DNA from: Vulcanimicrobiota bacterium | GTDB taxonomy: Bacteria; Vulcanimicrobiota; Vulcanimicrobiia; Vulcanimicrobiales; Vulcanimicrobiaceae | Assembly (NCBI GenBank): GCA_963812155.1 | Contig: CAWETW010000003.1 | Span: forward strand, 640,001-704,000 | Direction of reading: 5' to 3' | Length of the DNA stretch: 64,000 nucleotides | The notes under the pieces: generated by a model | Seen by the model: the letters and a program-made list of their open reading frames with translations, nothing else | The model's database searches: none | Told to the model about the DNA's origin: nothing | Program-made: the position numbers and the translations under genes | In this document: positions 1-10,729 of the stretch, in pieces | Position numbering within the stretch: position 1 is the stretch's first letter | Layout: each line of letters begins with the position of its first letter

Positions 1-1
1 C

Positions 2-1327
2 GGTTACAAGACCGCCTACGATCTCAACATCAACGACGACACGCCGCTGCACCTCATCGCGATGCTGCACCACTACAACGCGACGCTCGACGACGGGTGG
101 GTGCGCGAAAGAATCGCGCTGGTGCGCGGACTAGCCGACTATTTGCTCACCCAGCGCGACGACCGGGGACTGGTCTTCTGCAAGGCTAAGGGCGTCGATA
201 TGTACGGGATCTCGTCGTGGCGCAACATCATTCCGTATTACACGCTCGACGGAGCCGTGACCGAGATCAACGCCGAGAGCGTCTACGCGCTCGAAGCCGC
301 CGCGATGCTGTGTGCGGTCGCCGGCGATAATGCAAGTTGGGAGAAATACAGCGCGGAGGCGCAAAGCATGCGCGCGGCGATGATGGAGTATCTCTACAAC
401 GACGATACCGGTGCGTTCGTGCTGAACTACGATCAGGACCGCAACTATCAAGACAACTTTACGGCCGACGAAATCTTCCCGGTGCTGTTCGACGTGGCAG
501 GCCCTGCGGAGCGCAGTGCGATTCTGCGCAGGCTGAACGAGGCGGATTTCGTGACGCCGGTCGGACTGCGCACGATATCGACCGCGGACGCCTGGTATTT
601 TCCGTCGTACGGATTCGGATTGCTCGGCGGCATCTGGCCGGATTTGACGCTGTGGTACGTCGTCGCGCTGGCGCGCAACGGCATGACCGATGCGGCGGTG
701 CATTTTCTTTCGGCGACCTACGCGGCGATGGAAGGCGGCAGCCCGCGCAACACCGTGCCGGGCGAGTTCGCCGAATGGTTCGACGGCGGCTCGCTCACCA
801 ATCGTGGCATGTATCTCTCGCCGTGGACGGGCGCGAAGTTTCTCTGGGCGGTCGCCGAGACGGTCGGCGGACTCGACGGCTATCGCACGAGCGGACGCCC
901 GCACTTAGCGCCGCTGCGTCCGAAGGGATGGGAATGGATCGCCGCCGCGCGCGTGCATTGGGGCGGCAAGCGGCGAACCTATGTCATCGACTTGCGCAAC
1001 AACGTCATCTACGGCGACATGCCCGAGCTTTCGGCCGAGGAGCCGTTTACGTGCATCTTTGCCGGCCGCGACGTGAGCGACGAAGTGACGACGTCGCCGG
1101 TCGAAGTGGGTGCGATCGCTTTCGAGGACGAACGCGGCGCCGTGCGCATTTTTCTCTGCAACGACTTGGCGCGGCGCGCGACGTGCTCATCGAGTTTCGC
1201 GGCAATACGGCGCGCATCGACATGATGCCGGGCGAACTGCGGGAGGTGCATCTGGTCGGCACGCCCAGCGACCGCAAGGCGCGCGCCGGCAAAGCTCGAC
1301 GTCGTCGCAGCAGCCGCGCGGGCATAG
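2..1327 (+). CDS. Glycoside hydrolase, (alpha/alpha)6 amylo-alpha-1,6-glucosidase-like; 5'-partial, frameshifted near the 3' end
   Basis: Frame open from position 2 (GYKTAYDLNINDDTPL...). Motifs TEINAESVYAL, GLRTIS, GGIWPDLT and GEFAEWF fit (alpha/alpha)6 glycosidases. The C-terminus continues in other frames (RDVLIEFRGN..., KLDVVAAAARA*) to TAG at 1325-1327. Confidence 0.7.
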
Positions 1328-1348
1328 CCCGAAAAGAGCCTCATCGCC

Positions 1349-1824
1349 ATGTTCGATCCGTCGAATCGCTTCGCGACCATCGTCCTCGCCGCCGGCACGC
1401 TCGTGTTGCTGGTCGCGATCGCCGTGGGCGAGCGCATGGGCGACCGGGTTCTCGGCGAGGCCACCCAGCAAGGCCTCCAGTCGGTGACCGCGGTTGCGCC
1501 CTCCCCTGCCGCGACGGAGTCCCAGGCTCCCTTCGGCCCGGATTGGAAGCGTTCGAAGACGTTGTCGAGCGCCGCCGATCCGCGCTTTCCCGATCCTCGG
1601 GTGCCGCCGCAGCCGTTGCCGACGCCCATCCGACCCCGAAGGTGACGCCGACGCCGTACGTTCCCCTCACGCCGACGCCGAATCCGAACATCCCGATTTG
1701 GCGCCAGGAGCCCATGCCCACCGCCACGCCGCTGCCGTCCGAGGTTCCGTCCGCCGAAGGAAGCCCCAGCTCCGCCGCCCTCGGCGCAACCGCAGCCGCC
1801 GTTTGGAAACTCTTGATACGATAG
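1349..1824 (+). CDS. Hypothetical Pro/Thr-rich single-pass membrane protein (frameshift near 1630)
   Basis: N-terminal TM helix (IVLAAGTLVLLVAIAVG). The PTP-rich tail continues in a second frame (PTPKVTPTPYVPLTPTPNP). Confidence 0.55.
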
Positions 1825-1829
1825 AAGCC

Positions 1830-2720
1830 ATGGAACAAGCCGGAACGCCCACCGTCAAGCGCGGGCTCGCGCAGATGCTCAAGGGCGGCGTCATCATGGA
1901 CGTCGTCACCCCCGAACACGCCGTCGTCGCCCAGGAGGCCGGCGCCGTCGCCGTGATGGCGCTGGAACGCATTCCGGCCGACATCCGCGCCGCTGGCGGC
2001 GTCGCGCGCATGAGCAATCTCGAGCTGATTCGCGGGCATTATGGACGCGGTCACGATTCCGGTGATGGCCAAGGTGCGCATCGGCCACTTCGCCGAGGCG
2101 CAAGTCCTCCAGCAACTCGGCGTCGACTACATCGACGAGTCCGAAGTGCTGACGCCGGCCGACGACAAGTATCACGTCGACAAGCACCGGTTTACGACGC
2201 CGTTCGTCTGCGGTGCGCGCGATCTCGGCGAGGCGCTGCGCCGCATCGCCGAAGGCGCGGCGATGATTCGCAGCAAGGGCGAAGCCGGCAGCGGAAACAT
2301 CGTCGAAGCGGTGCGCCACATGCGCGCGATCACCGACGGGATCCGCGAGCTGGCGCGTGCGCCGAAAGAAGAACTGGTTGCGCGCGCCCGCGACCTCGGC
2401 GCGCCGCTCGAACTCGTGCAATGGTTGCCAAGGAAGGAAAGCTGCCGGTCGTGCTCTTCTGCGCGGGCGGCGTTTCGACGCCGGCCGATGCAGCGCTGAT
2501 GATGCAACTCGGCGCCGAAGGCATCTTCGTCGGCAGCGGCATCTTCAAATCGACGGATCCGCGCAAGTTCGCCAAAGCGATCGTCGACGCGACGACGCAC
2601 TTCGACGATCCCGACGTCGTCATGGAAGCGTGTCGTTCGCTCGGTGAGTCCGAAGCGATGGCCGGCCTCGACGTGCGGACGCTCGACCAGACCCAGTTGC
2701 TCGCGACGCGCGGAAACTAA
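1830..2720 (+). CDS. pdxS: Pyridoxal 5'-phosphate synthase lyase subunit (two frameshifts)
   Basis: [39 protein letters not shown] and [30 protein letters not shown] are spread over frames, with shifts near 2035 and 2420. Confidence 0.95.
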   Translation: MEQAGTPTVKRGLAQMLKGGVIMDVVTPEHAVVAQEAGAVAVMALERIPADIRAAGGVARMSNLELIRGHYGRGHDSGDGQGAHRPLRRGASPPATRRRLHRRVRSADAGRRQVSRRQAPVYDAVRLRCARSRRGAAPHRRRRGDDSQQGRSRQRKHRRSGAPHARDHRRDPRAGACAERRTGCARPRPRRAARTRAMVAKEGKLPVVLFCAGGVSTPADAALMMQLGAEGIFVGSGIFKSTDPRKFAKAIVDATTHFDDPDVVMEACRSLGESEAMAGLDVRTLDQTQLLATRGN

Positions 2721-2733
2721 GGAGCTTCACCCC

Positions 2734-3340
2734 GTGGTCCGGTCGTCGGCGTTCTCGCGCTGCAAGGCGACGTGGCCGAACACACCGCGGCGCTGGAACG
2801 CGCCGGCGCCGCACCGCTCGCCGTAAAGACGGTCGCGGACCTGGATCGAGTCGATGCGCTGGTCGTTCCGGGCGGCGAGTCGACGACGGTGATGAAACTG
2901 CTCGCGCGCTTCGACTTGGAGCGGCCGCTCGTCGATCGCGTTCGCGCCGGCATGCCGTTCTGGGGCACGTGCATGGGCATGATCGTGGCGGCGCGCGACG
3001 TCGCCGGCCTCGAGCAGCCGACCCTCGACCTCATCGACGTAACGGTACGCCGCAACGCCTTCGGACGGCAGAACGAATCGGCGGAAGTCGACCTCGCGAT
3101 TCCCGTCCTCGGCGCGCAGCCGTTCCGCGCGATTTTCATTCGCGCGCCGTGGATCGAGCGCGCGGGCCCGCAGGTCGACGTGCTTGCCGAGCGCGACGGC
3201 CACGGCGTCATGGTGCGTCAGGGTAACGTGCTCGGCACGTCGTTCCATCCGGAGCTGGGCGCGACCTGCGCGTTCACGAGTACTTTCTGGAGATGCTCCG
3301 GCAACCGCTCGACGTAGGGAAGGCGCCGACCGCAGCGTAA
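2734..3340 (+). CDS. pdxT: PLP synthase glutaminase subunit (frameshifts near both ends)
   Basis: GVLALQG, PGGESTT, GTCMG, RNAFGRQ, FIRAP and SFHPEL motifs. AAGGAG RBS precedes GTG 2734. The plausible C-terminus (DLRVHEYFLEML...) ends at TAA 3340. Confidence 0.92.
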
Positions 3341-3352
3341 CTCTTCGGCAGT

Positions 3353-3637
3353 ATGACGACCACGCCCGAGGAAGAGCACGGGGGCTTTCAAGGACAGATT
3401 CCTCCGGTCGAGCCGCTGCTCACCGAAGTGATTGCAACGCTCGCGCTCGCGGCGCACGCCTACCTGACCGAAAGCGACGGCCAAGAGCCCGACCACGACG
3501 CCGCGGAGGTCGCAATCGACGTCGCCAGCGCCGCTTTCGAACGGGTCAAAGAACGCTTGCGACCGGACGAACGGTTAGCAATGACGCAGATGCTGACCGA
3601 AACCCGAATGACGTTCGTTCGAAAGCGAGGCACCTAA
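3353..3637 (+). CDS. Small helical hypothetical protein, DUF1844-like
   Basis: 94-aa ORF. The pattern D..AAEVAID.....ER...L..DER..M..ML.E.RM.FV resembles DUF1844. Confidence 0.6.
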   Translation: MTTTPEEEHGGFQGQIPPVEPLLTEVIATLALAAHAYLTESDGQEPDHDAAEVAIDVASAAFERVKERLRPDERLAMTQMLTETRMTFVRKRGT

Positions 3638-3678
3638 AATGCCTCGCTTGCTACGCCGCGGCTTTGCCGAGATCGGCC

Positions 3679-4209
3679 GTGAGCGACGTCCTCGTTTTGA
3701 ACTTTACCTACGAAGCGCTGAACGTCACGAGCTTTCAGCGCGCCGTCAAGCTGATTTTTGCCGGCAAAGCGGAGCTGCTGCACGGGCGCGACCGCATTCT
3801 CGCGTCGACGACCTACGAGATGCGCATGCCGTCGATCATCCGGATGCTGTACTATATCCGCCGTCCGATGCAGAAGGTCGCGCTGACGAAGAAGAACGTG
3901 CTGATTCGCGACGATCATACGTGCCAGTACTGCGGCACGCACGGCGAGCAGCTGATGACGGTCGACCACATCACCCCGAAGAGCCGCGGCGGCCCGTCGA
4001 CCTGGGAGAACCTGGTCTGCGCGTGCATGCGCTGCAACAATCGCAAGAACAACCGCACGCCGGAAGAAGCGAACATGTCGCTGCAGCGCAAGCCGCGACA
4101 GCCCAAGTACATTCCGTGGATTCAGATCAAGCGCAACACGCTCCCCGACGAATGGGGCAAGTTCCTATTCCTCTACAACGTCTCGATCGACGAACGCGTG
4201 GAGGCGTAA
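3679..4209 (+). CDS. HNH endonuclease (McrA/COG1403-like)
   Basis: GTG start VSDVLVLNFTYEAL, then RDDHTCQYCG, TVDHITPKSRGG and WENLVCACMRCNNRKNNRTP. Confidence 0.9.
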   Translation: MSDVLVLNFTYEALNVTSFQRAVKLIFAGKAELLHGRDRILASTTYEMRMPSIIRMLYYIRRPMQKVALTKKNVLIRDDHTCQYCGTHGEQLMTVDHITPKSRGGPSTWENLVCACMRCNNRKNNRTPEEANMSLQRKPRQPKYIPWIQIKRNTLPDEWGKFLFLYNVSIDERVEA

Positions 4210-4257
4210 TGCGTTCGCTGCCGCCGCTCGACCCTGCATTTCCATAACTTAGCACCG

Positions 4258-5746
4258 ATGGATCAAACGAAGACGCCGTACTTTCAGGCGCTGCTGGACT
4301 ATGTCGACTCGGGCGTGTTGCCGTTTCACACGCCCGGGCACGTGCAGGGCAACGGCATGGATTTGGCGTTTCGCGAATTCGTCGGCGATAATATCTGCGC
4401 GATCGACCTGACGCCGATGCCGGGCATCGACGATTTGCTGCAGCCGCTCGAGGCGATCAAAGAAGCGCAAGAGCTGGCGGCGGAAGCGTGGGGCGCCGAC
4501 AACACGTTCTTCCTCATCAACGGTTCGACCAGCGGCAATCAGATGCATGATGATGGCGGCGGCCAATCCGGGCGACGAGATCGCGGTGCCGCGCAACTCG
4601 CACAAGTCGATGCTGGGCGGCCTGGTGATGAGCGGCGCGCTGCCGGTGTACATGCAGCCGGAAGTCGACGAAGAGCTGCACATGGACCACTGCGTCACCC
4701 CGGAGACGGTCGCGCGCACGCTCGCCGAGCATCCCGAGGTCGACGGCGGTGTATCTCGTTTCGCCGACGTACTACGGCGTCGCCGCCGATCTGGCGGCGA
4801 TCGAACGCATCGCGCACGGCGCCGGCAAACTGCTGCTGGTCGACGAAGCGTGGGGGCCGCACTTCCACTTTCACCCGGCGCTGCCGCTCTCGGCCACCCA
4901 AGCCGGAGCCGATCTCTGCATCAACTCGACGCACAAGATGCTGTCGGCATTTTCGCAGTGCGCGATGCTGCACCAAAAGGGCGATCGCGTGCGGCTCGAC
5001 CGGCTCAAAGCCGTGCTCAAGATGTTTCTGTCGACGTCTCCGAATCTGCCGATGGTCGCGTCGCTCGACGTCGCGCGCAAGCAGATGGCGACCGAGGGCG
5101 CGCGCACTGCTCTCGCGAACGATCGAACTCGCACAGGAGACGCGCCGGCGCATCAATCGCATCGACGGCCTCTACTGTCTCGGCGACGACGCGCGCGGAA
5201 AAAACGGCGTCTTCGACCTCGATCCGACGAAGATCGCCGTAACGGTCAAGGGATTCGGATATACGGGTTACGAGGCGTCGGAGATTCTGCGGCACCGCTA
5301 CAACATCCAAGTCGAACTCGCCGACCTCTTCAACGTCGTCGCGCTGTTCACGATCGGCACGACGCCCGAGGCGGCGGACCGGCTCGCGACTGCATTCGAA
5401 GAGATGGCGCGCGACGACCGGCCGGTCGACATGTACGCGCCCTCGGGAATTCTCGAGCGGCGGCTCGAATCGTGGAAGTTACCAGCTGCCGAAGATTCCG
5501 CCGATGCGCATGTCGCCTCGCGACGCATTCCTTGCCGACGCCGAGTTCGTGCCGTTCAAAGAGTCGAAAGGGCGCATCTGCGCGGAAACCATCTCGCCGT
5601 ACCCGCCGGGGATTCCGGTGATCGCGCCGGGCGAGGAGATTACGGCCGACTTGATCGCCTATTTGCGCTTGGAGATTAAGGCGGGCGTGCGCATTCAGGG
5701 CCCGTACGACGACGAGCTCAAGGTCGTGCGCGTCGTCAAGGAGTGA
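4258..5746 (+). CDS. Orn/Lys/Arg decarboxylase (YaaO/SpeA-like), several frameshifts
   Basis: [39 protein letters not shown] (PLP lysine) and PYPPGIP occur across frames. Confidence 0.9.
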
Positions 5747-5847
5747 CGGGCCGAAACGATGGGAAGGAGTCGCCCGCGAACCGGATAACGCAGAACGATA
5801 ATTACGCGGAGCCGCACGGCGGTCCCGGAGGGAAGGCAGGGTCAGTA

Positions 5848-7384
5848 TTGGCCGTTCGAGTCCCATCCGTTTCCCCGAGTTGGGAGCTCTCCCAACTTCT
5901 CGACATCTTCCCCCTCGCGATCCGGCAGGCGCTCGTACGTCTCGGCAACATCGAAGACATCATCGAAGTCGTGCTCGATCTCGGGCGTCCGCCCGAAGCG
6001 CGTTTCGAACACGACTTTACGTATCTCACCGACACGCCGGTTTCGCACGAAGACATCGCGCACGTCTGCTCGCGCATCTCTCCGTTCGGAGCGGACAACC
6101 GCGCCGGCATCGAGCAGACGCTGCACCGCATCAGCGCGATTCGCAATCGCACCGGAAAGATCGTCGGGCTCACGTGCCGCGTCGGCCGCGCCGTGTACGG
6201 AACGATCGACATTCTGCTCGACGTCCTGCGCAGCGGGCAATCGATCTGCCTGCTCGGCCGTCCCGGCGTCGGAAAGACGACGATGCTGCGCGAGTGCGCG
6301 CGCATGCTTTCCGAAGACCGCAAGCGCGTCGTCATCGTCGATACGTCGAACGAAATCGCCGGCGACAGCGACATTCCGCATCCCGGCATCGGCCTCGCGC
6401 GCCGCATGCAGGTTACCGACCCCGCCCTGCAGCACGCCGTGATGATCGAAGCCGTCGAGAATCACATGCCCGAAGTGATCGTCATCGACGAGATCGGCAC
6501 CGAGGCCGAGGCCGGCGCCGCGCGCACGATCGCCGAGCGCGGCGTGACGCTGATCGGCACGGCGCACGGACAGACGCTCGAAAATCTGCTCATGAACCCG
6601 ACGCTCTCCGACTTGGTCGGCGGCATCAGCGCGGTGACGCTCTCCGACGAAGAAGCGCGCCGGCGCGGCACGCGCAAGACCGTGCTCGAACGCAAGGCTC
6701 CGCCGACGTTCGACGTCGTGGTCGAGATTCACGACCGCGACCGCCTGGCGATCCACAAAAGCGTCGGCGAGGTGATCGACGCGCTGCTGCGCGGATATCA
6801 GCCGCAGCCGGAGATTCGCCAGCGCCAGCCCAGCGGCGAAGTGACGGTCGTCCAGGAAGCCGACACGGAGTCGATGCCGCAACTCGCGGCGGAGTACGAT
6901 CCGGGTGCAGGACGAAGAGCGCGAGCGCGCGCTTTCGATCTTTCCGTACGGCGTCTCGCGCAACAAGATCGAGCGCGCGATTCACAACCTGCGCGTCAAC
7001 GCGACGATCGCCCGGACGTTCGACGATGCCGACGTCGTGCTGACGCTCAAGACGCTCGAACGCAAGCAACAGCCCAAGTTGAAGCAAATCGCCTCCGACA
7101 ACGTGCCGATCTATTCGATCAAGACCAATACGACGACGCAGATTCAAACGGCACTGCGCGACGTCTTCAACCTGGGTTCCATCGATCACGAAGAGATCGC
7201 GCTGCGCGAGGCCGAGGAGGCGATCTACCAGGTGCTGTTGACGAGCCAATCGATCGAACTCTCGCCGCAGACGTCGTACGTGCGGCGCATGCAGCACCAG
7301 CTCGCCGAACGGTATCGCCTGCAGTCGCGCAGCACCGGCCTCGAGCCGAACCGGCGCGTGCGCATCTTCAAAACGGCGGAGTGA
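5848..7384 (+). CDS. SpoIIIAA/Ycf45-like AAA ATPase with C-terminal R3H domain (frameshift near 6905)
   Basis: DLGRPPEAR, Walker [18 protein letters not shown] and VIVIDEIG. The second frame gives the R3H motif [11 protein letters not shown] and ends TGA 7384, overlapping the tmk GTG. TTG start inferred. Confidence 0.88.
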
Positions 7385-8013
7385 GCGCGCCGGCGTCTCC
7401 GCGGGCGCTCTTCGTCGCCGTCGAGGGTATCGAGTGCAGCGGAAAAAGCACGCTGCTCGCCGCGCTCGCGCAACGGCTGCGTTCAGAAGGCCGCGAGCTC
7501 CTCGTCACACGCGAACCCGGCGGCACGCCGCTCGGCGAAGCCGTGCGCGCCATCGCGCTCGACCGTTCGACCGCGGTGACGCCGATGGCCGAGGCGCTGC
7601 TGATGAATGCGGCGCGGGCGCAGCACGTCACCGCGGCGATTCGTCCTGCGCTCGAAGCGGGACGCACGGTGCTTTGCGATCGCTACGTAGATTCGACGCT
7701 CGCGTACCAGGGATACGGGCGCGGCCTCGACCTCGGCGTTCTGCGCGCGCTGTGCGACGCCGCAACCGGCGGACTAATGCCGGACGTCACCTTGATCGTC
7801 GACGTTCCGGTGAGCGTCTCGCGCGAGCGCATGCGGCTGCGCGGCGTCGCGGCGGACCGCATGGAATCAGAAGACGACGGCTTCCACGAGCACGTCCGGC
7901 GCGGGTACGTGGAGCTATCGAAGCGCGCCGGCGGCTACCTGCTCGACGGAACGCTCGAAGCATCGGAGGTTCTGCGCCAGGCGCTCAATGCGCTAGCCGC
8001 GGCTTTGAAATAG
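7381..8013 (+). CDS. tmk: Thymidylate kinase
   Basis: [17 protein letters not shown] and [17 protein letters not shown] motifs. GTGA overlap with the upstream gene. Confidence 0.95.
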   Translation: MSAPASPRALFVAVEGIECSGKSTLLAALAQRLRSEGRELLVTREPGGTPLGEAVRAIALDRSTAVTPMAEALLMNAARAQHVTAAIRPALEAGRTVLCDRYVDSTLAYQGYGRGLDLGVLRALCDAATGGLMPDVTLIVDVPVSVSRERMRLRGVAADRMESEDDGFHEHVRRGYVELSKRAGGYLLDGTLEASEVLRQALNALAAALK

Positions 8014-8028
8014 AAGCGTGCGCGTGGA

Positions 8029-8804
8029 TTACGGAAGACGATATTGCCTGACGATCGTCGCCCCATCGCGCCGGCCTGGAAGCACGGACGGAAGCGGGAT
8101 ACCATGCATCGCCGTACGTATTGCAACGATCTCCGCTGCGGTTATCCCCTCGCCGGCTGTGGCCGACATGACTTGATCGCCGTTGCGCCACTCGAAGTGG
8201 TCGTGCTTGATCAACTTCGTGCGGCCACCGGGCAAATCGATGCCCTCGAACAGTAGCGTCCCGGTGGACCGGTACGCGGATCGTAGACGTCGGCCGTAAG
8301 CTCGAACGTTTGGCCGTTGGAGCGCCGGTACAGAAACCACACCGCCGGCGCATCCTTGCTCCATTTGTGCGTGACGTTTGAATACAGCAGCACCGTCGTC
8401 AGCCGAACCGCCGTCAGAGTGGCATCGAGCGGAACGTCCACCGGCGGAAGGATCGTAAAGCGCACCTGCTTTTGCGCCGCTTTCACCGTGGCGTCTTGCG
8501 CGCGTACGGCCGAATACAATGCGCTGGGCGGGCGAGGTGGCGGCGTCCAGCCGATCGCACGATACAGCGCTTGTTCGCCCTTGACGACGACCGATTCGAC
8601 CAAAGCCAGCGTTGCCGTCGGAAACGCCAGCATGGCGATCGCGAGAGCAGCCGCAGCCGCAAGCGCGGCGCGGTGCCACGGAAACACAAGCGGAAGCCGG
8701 ACGTCGCCCATCTTTCGATAAATCGCATCGTATCGGAACGGCGGAACGTCGATCGCATCGAACATCGCGTGTAACTCCCGGCGGATTTCGGCATCAGCGA
8801 GCAT
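8029..8804 (-). CDS. Putative membrane-anchored anti-sigma factor (frameshift near 8255)
   Basis: Overlaps the 3' end of the ECF sigma gene. Short cytoplasmic N-terminus, TM helix AALAAAAALAIAMLAF, then an extracytoplasmic domain continuing in a second frame (LFEGIDLPGG...RQYRLP*). Confidence 0.65.
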
Positions 8805-9338
8805 CGGGCAAAGCCTCCTGAGAAACGTCGTGCTGCTGCGGCCGAGTCAGGATGCGTTGCAGCGCACGGCGTGCGGTCATGAGATGGAAACGAACGGTCG
8901 CGGCTGGAATGCCGACGGCTTCGGCAATCTCGCTGGAGCGAAAGCCTGCATAATAGTGCAGCACCACGATCGCCCTCTGCCGTGGGGTCAGTTTTGCAGG
9001 GCAGCGCGCACGTCTAAGTCTCCGCTGGGATCGAACGCGGTGCCGGAATTGGCCGCCGATTCGAGCGGTTGAAAGGACGGCCGTCTGCGCGCCGTGCTCA
9101 GCGCCTGGTTCACGACGATCCTATAACTCCAGGAGCGGAACGTTGCCGCAGCTCTTAACGCCGGCAGCCCTCGGGCAATCGACGCGCAGGCTTCTTGTGC
9201 GGCGTCTTCGGCCAACCCGCGGTCGTGCAAGACTGCGAATGCAAGCCTGTAGGCTTGCGGCCATACCTCGGCGATGAGACGCTCCAGGGAAGAGCCGCCG
9301 TGGCGGGCTTCGTCGACCAAGTCGAGCGCGGCATTCAT
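8794..9338 (-). CDS. ECF RNA polymerase sigma factor (frameshift near 8995)
   Basis: Region 2: AYRLAFAVLHDRGLAEDAAQEA...FRSWSYRIVVN. Region 4 in the next frame: LTPRQRAIVVLHYYAGFRSSEIAEAVGIPAATVRFHL. Confidence 0.9.
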
Positions 9339-9347
9339 GCCTGTAAG

Positions 9348-9374
9348 GATGCACCCGGACTCGGAAACGTTGGA
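9348..9374 (-). promoter_or_regulatory. Candidate autoregulatory ECF-type promoter (AAC-N17-CATC), near-leaderless
   Basis: Minus strand reads tccAAC gtttccgagtccgggtg CATC cttacaggc ATG, with no SD before the sigma ATG. Confidence 0.3.
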
Positions 9375-9434
9375 TTCAACGGCTCGCGGCCCCACCGGGA
9401 CTGCGAGATCGCGATTCGTTTGCGGATGGGGTGG

Positions 9435-9554
9435 CTACTTTTGCTTTACCGAAACGCCGGCAATGACGGCACCGTAGGCGGTGCCCGGTCCGCCGAAGTG
9501 CGAGGCGCAACCCGCGAGTGAAAAGGCGATGACGAGCACCGTATAGCGAGCCAT
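9435..9554 (-). CDS. Small lipoprotein, 39 aa (not in ORF track)
   Basis: GGAGGT RBS upstream of the ATG. Translation MARYTVLVIAFSLAGCASHFGGPGTAYGAVIAGVSVKQK* has a basic N-region, hydrophobic core and LAGC lipobox. Confidence 0.6.
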   Translation of the reverse strand: MARYTVLVIAFSLAGCASHFGGPGTAYGAVIAGVSVKQK

Positions 9555-9676
9555 GCAACGAACCTCCAACGTGCGGTGAGGGCTTCGTTGATGAAGAGCA
9601 CCGTCCTGGCAACGCGCGACCTTCGACGTACTGCCGGCGGTGAGGTCGGCGCGGGGTTTTCCTCGAAAGGCGCGTC

Positions 9677-10729
9677 ATGAGCCGTCCCGAGTCCTCGCCC
9701 GATAGTTCGACCCTGCGCTTCGACGTCGTGGGGGCCGAAGGGCCGAAGCGGTATTTCAACGCGCTCTCGCGCGACTCGCTGGCGCACGCGTACCTCTTCA
9801 GCGGGCCGGCCGGCGTCGGAAAGAAGACGTTCGCGCGACGGCTTGCCCAGTCGCTGCTGTGTCAATCGCCCAAAGACGGCGTCTTAGGATACGACGGCAC
9901 GTGTTCGTCCTGCGTCATGTTTGCAGCCGGCGAGAACGCACGCCATCCCGATTTTCTCGAACACGAGGGAGCGTTGAAAATCGGCGACGCCGGCACCGCG
10001 ATCGGATTTTACGAAACCGAGGAGATGGGTTCTCGCGACATCGTGCGCTTGCTCTCGATGCGATCCTACGTCGGCGGCATGCGCGTGCTGCTGCTTGGTG
10101 ACGTGAGCTTCGCGAGCAACGAAGCGGCGAACGCTTTACTGAAATTTCTGGAGGAGCCGCCGCGCGGCGTGATTCTGCTGCTCACGACCCCGGCGCCGGG
10201 CCGGCTGATCGCAACGATTCGGTCGCGTTTGATCGACCTGCGCTTTACGCTGCTTTCCAAGGACGACGTGCGCAACGTGTTGCGGGAGCGCGGCGTATCC
10301 GCTGCGGATGCCGAACTCGGCGCATCGCTCGGCGGCGGCAGCGTCAGCCGCGCGCTGGCAACGCTCGAAGGTGAAGAAGAGTCTTTGCGCGCCCAGGCGG
10401 CGCGCTGGTTCTTCGAGAGTGCCGCGGGCGGATCGCCGGATCGTGCGTGGGCGACGCGCGAAACGCTTCTCGACGGCCTGCAGACGGTGAAGATGCTGGC
10501 GCGCGACTGGGTGGCCGCGTCGGCGGCGCCCCGCAGCGCCCTGCTCTGCAGCGACTATGCGAAGCAACTGCGGGCTCTGCCGGCACTCAACGCCGCGAAC
10601 TCCGTCGAGGTCCTGGCAAAACTCGACGAAGCGGCGTCGCTCGCGCGCACGAACGTTTCGCCGGGGCTCGTCGCGGACATGGTGCGCATGGCGCTGACGC
10701 GCGCCGGCGCCTTCACCAAAAGCGCGTAA
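9677..10729 (+). CDS. holB: DNA polymerase III delta' subunit
   Basis: LAHAYLFSGPAGVGK, HPDF, AANALLKFLEEPP and TIRSR motifs. Lies near tmk. Confidence 0.9.
   Translation: MSRPESSPDSSTLRFDVVGAEGPKRYFNALSRDSLAHAYLFSGPAGVGKKTFARRLAQSLLCQSPKDGVLGYDGTCSSCVMFAAGENARHPDFLEHEGALKIGDAGTAIGFYETEEMGSRDIVRLLSMRSYVGGMRVLLLGDVSFASNEAANALLKFLEEPPRGVILLLTTPAPGRLIATIRSRLIDLRFTLLSKDDVRNVLRERGVSAADAELGASLGGGSVSRALATLEGEEESLRAQAARWFFESAAGGSPDRAWATRETLLDGLQTVKMLARDWVAASAAPRSALLCSDYAKQLRALPALNAANSVEVLAKLDEAASLARTNVSPGLVADMVRMALTRAGAFTKSA

Noticed and set aside
1830..5746. Pseudogenisation of pdxST and the decarboxylase
   Set aside because: All catalytic motifs are intact across frames, and the pattern matches sequencing indels.
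5743..8013. 756-aa AAA ATPase-thymidylate kinase fusion
   Set aside because: A frameshift near 6905 explains it. The real R3H tail is in another frame and stops at a GTGA overlap with tmk.
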